Origin: Candidatus Bathyarchaeota archaeon
GTDB taxonomy: Archaea; Thermoproteota; Bathyarchaeia; Bathyarchaeales; Bathycorpusculaceae
Length of the DNA: 64,000 nucleotides
Direction of reading: 5' to 3'
NCBI GenBank assembly: GCA_963768425.1
Contig: CAVYHV010000030.1
Location: forward strand, 32,001 to 96,000
Shown here: positions 59,882 to 64,000 of the stretch, one piece after another
Position numbering within the stretch: the first letter of the stretch is position 1
How the letters are laid out: every line of letters begins with the position of its first letter
Notes under the pieces: model-generated
The model's database searches: none
The model's input: the letters and a program-made list of their open reading frames with translations, nothing else
Told to the model about the DNA's origin: nothing
Program-made: the position numbers and the translations under genes

Positions 59882-60615
59882 TCCAAAACAGCCTCGGCAA
59901 CACGGTGGTGGTTTCTGTCGTTCTTCCAGCTTACAACGAGGCGGATGAGTTGGGCGCGGCTGTGGCAGAAGTAAGTCAAGCCCTAACAGCAGCAGGCTAC
60001 CCCTACGAAATCGTCATCGCTGAAGACGGCAGCACCGACGGAACAGCCGAGCTCTCCGAACAATTAACCCAAAAGTATCCATTTGTCAGGCATATACACC
60101 GAGAAAAAAGGCTGGGAAGAGGAACAGCGCTGAACAATGCGTTCCAGAATTGCAGCGGCGAAGTTTTGGTTTACATGGATTTGGACCTTGCCACTGACCT
60201 CAAATCGCTAAAACCTCTCATTGACGCCATCGCCGTTGAAGGGTACGAGGTTTCGACGGGTTCAAGGATGCTTCCTGAAAGCAAGGTTGAACGATCAACC
60301 CGCAGAAGCATAAGCTCCAAAAGCTACAATTTCCTTGTCAGACGCATGTTGGGCTCCAAAGTGCGGGACCACCAATGCGGTTTCAAAGCCTTCAAAAAAG
60401 AAGCCTTCTTGGCTCTGTTGGGCGAGGTGAAGGCTACTCACTGGTTTTGGGACACGGAGATACTTGTGAGGGCACAACGTCATGGCTTCAAGGTTAAAGA
60501 GATCCAGGTTGAATGGACAAGCGGCAAAGGTACAAAAGTTAATTTTGCTAAGGATTCTTGGAACATGTTTTGGCAAGTAACCGAGCTTTGGTGGACTCTT
60601 AAAAGAAAAGGCTAA
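59878..60615 (+). CDS. GT2 dolichyl-phosphate hexose synthase (DPM/DPG synthase-like)
   Basis: VVLPAYNE, EDGSTDGT, YMDLDL, GSR, DHQCGFKAF, WFWDTEIL. Confidence 0.88.
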   Translation: MIQNSLGNTVVVSVVLPAYNEADELGAAVAEVSQALTAAGYPYEIVIAEDGSTDGTAELSEQLTQKYPFVRHIHREKRLGRGTALNNAFQNCSGEVLVYMDLDLATDLKSLKPLIDAIAVEGYEVSTGSRMLPESKVERSTRRSISSKSYNFLVRRMLGSKVRDHQCGFKAFKKEAFLALLGEVKATHWFWDTEILVRAQRHGFKVKEIQVEWTSGKGTKVNFAKDSWNMFWQVTELWWTLKRKG

Positions 60616-61127
60616 GGCTGCCGACTTGCGATAAGAACAAATGACCTTGCAACTAACGATAAGCCGCCGATCAAAATTACTCCAGCCCAAAACACGAACC
60701 ACTCACTAATTATTGTGACATTCACCAGATAGGTGAGTACTATGTAGCTTGTTCCAAGCCAGAAAACGAGATTTTCAATTGTCTCCGCTTTTCTGGGAAG
60801 CGGTGAGCAAAGCCAGACTCTGAGAACTAAAACCCCGACTTCAATTATGCCTAAGCCCAGGCAAAACTGAAATGCTACCTTGTACAGCGAGATGAAGGCT
60901 GCTGGGTTTTCTGGAGCTGGTAATTGAAGGCCTGTTCCAGGGACTGTGGCTAAAACGAAATTGTTGAGGAAATGGTTAAAGCTGTTCCATAGGTTTGAGC
61001 GGTCGTTGATAAAGTAGAGAACTGCAAGCATAACAAAAATGAGGCCTATATACAGGGCTGAAATCAAGTTTTCTTTTTTCTTATCAGGCATCGCTTGCAA
61101 CATGTCGAACTTGCTTTTGAAGCCCAT
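60612..61127 (-). CDS. Hypothetical membrane protein
   Basis: Four TMs. Confidence 0.6.
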   Translation of the reverse strand: MGFKSKFDMLQAMPDKKKENLISALYIGLIFVMLAVLYFINDRSNLWNSFNHFLNNFVLATVPGTGLQLPAPENPAAFISLYKVAFQFCLGLGIIEVGVLVLRVWLCSPLPRKAETIENLVFWLGTSYIVLTYLVNVTIISEWFVFWAGVILIGGLSLVARSFVLIASRQP

Positions 61128-61240
61128 TTGTTATCCACTCGTCTATAGTCTCTTGTAACATATATCTTTCTCTGCAAGGAAAAAACGCATGTTTTTAAAT
61201 AGTCTCAGCGGATAGAATACGGTGACGTTGGAGGATCTGC

Positions 61241-61678
61241 ATGCCCTATTGCTTGAAGTGCGGAAGCAAAGTCGAGGACACCAATACTTTCTGCCCAGAA
61301 TGCGGAACCCAACTCAAAGACGCACCACAAAGTGCAGCGCCCACACCTGAGTCTACTCAGAACGAGCAGACTGCTCAGGAGAATCCGCAACAGCAGACGC
61401 CGACAGGCGCACCTGTGATTATGAAGCAGCAGAAACCTGAGGCAGGCTTTATCAGATATCTGGTCAGCGGGTTAATATTAATTACAGTAGGCGTTTCCGC
61501 GATAATTGAATTAACTAACCCCTCAATAGCGGTAGGTACCCTTTTGGCTGTCATGGTGCTTGCGATAGGTTTGATTGTCATACTCGGCTCCGTCTACTAC
61601 GCTTTTTCAGGAAGAAAACGGGCGCACATCCAATCAGTAGCGTCACCTGAGAAAAAGCCGTCTCAGCCCGAGGTCTAA
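61241..61678 (+). CDS. Zinc-ribbon membrane protein
   Basis: YCLKCG...FCPECG, low-complexity linker, two TMs. Confidence 0.75.
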   Translation: MPYCLKCGSKVEDTNTFCPECGTQLKDAPQSAAPTPESTQNEQTAQENPQQQTPTGAPVIMKQQKPEAGFIRYLVSGLILITVGVSAIIELTNPSIAVGTLLAVMVLAIGLIVILGSVYYAFSGRKRAHIQSVASPEKKPSQPEV

Positions 61679-61820
61679 AACAAAATCATTCTGTCATCCA
61701 AACACTTGATGATAGTCTCGGTTAGCAGAATAGTGCTTCGCAACATTTCCCAGTTACAAATCTGCTTATATGCTTCTCCTTTAAATAATAAAACAGCAGA
61801 AACCAACATCACTTGGGGAT

Positions 61821-62756
61821 TTGGAAATCATGAGTGAATTTGTCCAAGCGACGGCAGACAGAATAAGGAAACTAGAAGTTCAAGGGGCACGAAACGTTGC
61901 GATCGCGGCCCTTAAAGCGGTCCAAGCCCTCGCAGATAACACGAAGGCAAAAGACAAGAATGCTTTCCTATGCGAACTCAGAGAAGCTCAAAACACGCTT
62001 TTTGCGTCAAGAGAAACTGAACCTTTGATGAGAAACGCCATTCGATACGTTATCACGCAAGCCGAAGACAGCAGCACCGAAAACGTCGACGTGTTAGGCG
62101 AGTTAGTTGATTCAAACGTCAGTTTGTTTTTGCAGAACCTTGAGGCTTCACGGGAACGAACCGCGGAAATAGGGGCCAAACGGATCCGCGACGGTATGTT
62201 GGTTTTTACCCATTGTCACTCGTCAACGGTAACACGCATGATTGCCAAAGCCAAAGCCGATGGCAAAAACTTTAGCGTAATTTGCACCGAAACCCGACCT
62301 GCTTACCAGGGAAGGATAACCGCACGGGAAATAGTTGAACTAGGGGTCCAAACAATTTTTATTGTCGATTCAGCTGCTCGTTCCTACATGGGAGACGTTG
62401 ACATTGTTTTTGTCGGCGCCGACGCCATCACCTCCGAGGGCAACGTTGTAAACAAGATTGGCACCAGCAGCATAGCAGTGTTGGCGCATGAAGCCAGAAA
62501 ACCATTCTACGTTGTTTCGGAACTGCTGAAGTTCGATCCGGAAACTCTCAACGGGGGATACGAACGAATTGAGCAGCGAAACCCAGCGGAAGTGTGGAGT
62601 GAAGCGCCAAAGAACCTGTCGGTGCGGAACCCAGCTTTTGACGTTACTCCAAGCCGTTACATTCACGGACTAATTAGCGAAGAAGGCATCATCGCACCTC
62701 AATCAATAGTTGAAACCGTGAATCGAAGCTACCCATGGGTCCTCAAGCAGATTTAG
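61821..62756 (+). CDS. e2b2: Ribose-1,5-bisphosphate isomerase (eIF2B alpha-like family)
   Basis: VQGARNVA, SRETEP.MRN, THCHSSTV, ETRP, VGADAI, NKIGT, RNPAFDVTP; adjacent to RuBisCO. Confidence 0.88.
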   Translation: MEIMSEFVQATADRIRKLEVQGARNVAIAALKAVQALADNTKAKDKNAFLCELREAQNTLFASRETEPLMRNAIRYVITQAEDSSTENVDVLGELVDSNVSLFLQNLEASRERTAEIGAKRIRDGMLVFTHCHSSTVTRMIAKAKADGKNFSVICTETRPAYQGRITAREIVELGVQTIFIVDSAARSYMGDVDIVFVGADAITSEGNVVNKIGTSSIAVLAHEARKPFYVVSELLKFDPETLNGGYERIEQRNPAEVWSEAPKNLSVRNPAFDVTPSRYIHGLISEEGIIAPQSIVETVNRSYPWVLKQI

Positions 62757-63976
62757 GCTTTCCAGTGCTCCAACGCAGCTTTTAGTTCGCTGTGGGTTTT
62801 CGCGTACTCTTCCAACGTCATTCCTTTCAAAATAGCATCAACTGCTTGCCGCATTGCTTTTGAACCGGCTACTGTTCCGTTGGGGTGTCCGTGGATTCCG
62901 CCTCCTGCTTGGATGACCACGTCATTGCCGAAGGTTTCAAGCAGTGCTGGAACTAAGCGCGGGTGTATTCCTCCTGAAGCAACGGGTATAACAGGCTTCA
63001 ACGTGCCCATTGATGATTTGCATGCATCGATGTTTTCGAGGACTTCAGCTTTGGTTTCACTCATTTTACCAACAACCGTGCCAACGTGGAGTTGGTCAAC
63101 CCCGATTACCCGTGCAACAGTGGCAATGGGACGCATGGCGATGCCGTGTTGCTGGTTCTTGGTGAATGCGGCGTGCCCTGCCCTGTGTGCGTGGATGACA
63201 AGTTTGAAGTTTTGATCTCTCAATGTTTGCAATGATGACCAGCCCGTCGTCAAGATATCAACCATAACGTATTCGCCGCCCTGAGCCACAACTGCTTCCG
63301 CACGTTTCAGCATGAGGTTGGTTTCGGCGGTGATGTTGACCATGTAGACTTTGCGTTCCCCTGTTTCCTGCTGCGCCTTGTCACGGCTTTCCAGTGTCTG
63401 TGAGAGTCGTTCTTCGAAGGGGTTGAAGGTTTGGCTGCTTAGGTTTTCATCGTCTTTTACGACGTCGCATCCGCCGCTCCAAGCGTTATAAGCGACTTTA
63501 GCGTGGTCTATTGTTTTCAATCCGAGTTTAGGCTTGATTATTGTGCCGACCAGTGGGCGGCTTGGAATTTTTAGAAGGTTGCGGATTCCCGCTATGCCAA
63601 TGGCGGGTCCTTTGAAGCTGCCCAGTAAGGCTTTTGGGAAATGAATGTCGAGGAGGCGCAGGTTTTTGAGTGCTTTTAGCCCAAAGACGTTACCTGCTAC
63701 GCTGCTCAGTATATTGGGCATGTTTGCGGGTTCAAAAAGTTCTATTGGGTATGCGATTTTGATTACATTGCCTTCTATGCCGAAAACGTGGGCTGCCAGA
63801 CGTTTCACGTAGGGCTTCTCGGTTGTGAGTTCAGTCCACGTGCCGACTGAGCTTTCTGCGGCTACCCCGCCTGCGGCTTCTTGGAGGCTTATGCCTTCGG
63901 GTTCAACGTAGAAGGTGCAGGTTAGGTCGGTTTCTTTAGGTTTGTAAGTTGGGTCGATAAAGTCAAGGTATTTCAC
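62753..63976 (-). CDS. rbcL: Form III ribulose-1,5-bisphosphate carboxylase
   Basis: AAESSVGTWT, GTIIKPKLG, GGCDVVKDDE carbamylation motif, HAHRAGH, ASGG, QAGGGIHGHP. Confidence 0.95.
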   Translation of the reverse strand: MKYLDFIDPTYKPKETDLTCTFYVEPEGISLQEAAGGVAAESSVGTWTELTTEKPYVKRLAAHVFGIEGNVIKIAYPIELFEPANMPNILSSVAGNVFGLKALKNLRLLDIHFPKALLGSFKGPAIGIAGIRNLLKIPSRPLVGTIIKPKLGLKTIDHAKVAYNAWSGGCDVVKDDENLSSQTFNPFEERLSQTLESRDKAQQETGERKVYMVNITAETNLMLKRAEAVVAQGGEYVMVDILTTGWSSLQTLRDQNFKLVIHAHRAGHAAFTKNQQHGIAMRPIATVARVIGVDQLHVGTVVGKMSETKAEVLENIDACKSSMGTLKPVIPVASGGIHPRLVPALLETFGNDVVIQAGGGIHGHPNGTVAGSKAMRQAVDAILKGMTLEEYAKTHSELKAALEHWKA

Positions 63977-64000
63977 AGTTTTCCACTCTTAGGCTAGGTT

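Noticed and set aside
1-64000. CRISPR array or cas genes
   Set aside because: No regularly spaced identical repeats with spacers and no Cas motifs seen.

Overview
Archaeal chromosomal segment, most consistent with Candidatus Bathyarchaeia. Evidence: rps13-rps4-rps11-rpoD-rpl18e-rpl13-rps9-rpoN operon, KEOPS Pcc1, Dph6-like ligase, form III RuBisCO with ribose-1,5-bisphosphate isomerase. About 1-33 kb and 56-64 kb are largely housekeeping, metabolic and transport genes. About 33.7-56 kb is an accessory region centred on two divergently oriented tRNA genes, tRNA-Leu(TAG) on the minus strand and tRNA-Thr(GGT) on the plus strand, which bracket an orphan terminase large subunit gene and its small partner. 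Downstream of each tRNA, degenerate copies of that tRNA's 3' end (four Leu-like, two Thr-like) divide the DNA into small integrase-less islets. Cargo includes GNATs, toxin-antitoxin pairs, a repair glycosylase and a membrane-anchored Mrr-like/TIR-like protein. Other unexplained signals are a ~227-nt highly structured candidate ncRNA at 18.5 kb, smaller candidate sRNAs, a Dph6-GATase coupling, a Tat-exported membrane-anchored multicopper oxidase and a protein O-mannosylation-like cluster. Many genes are split by single-base indels, probably assembly errors. All product calls come from motif recognition by eye; no database searches were run.
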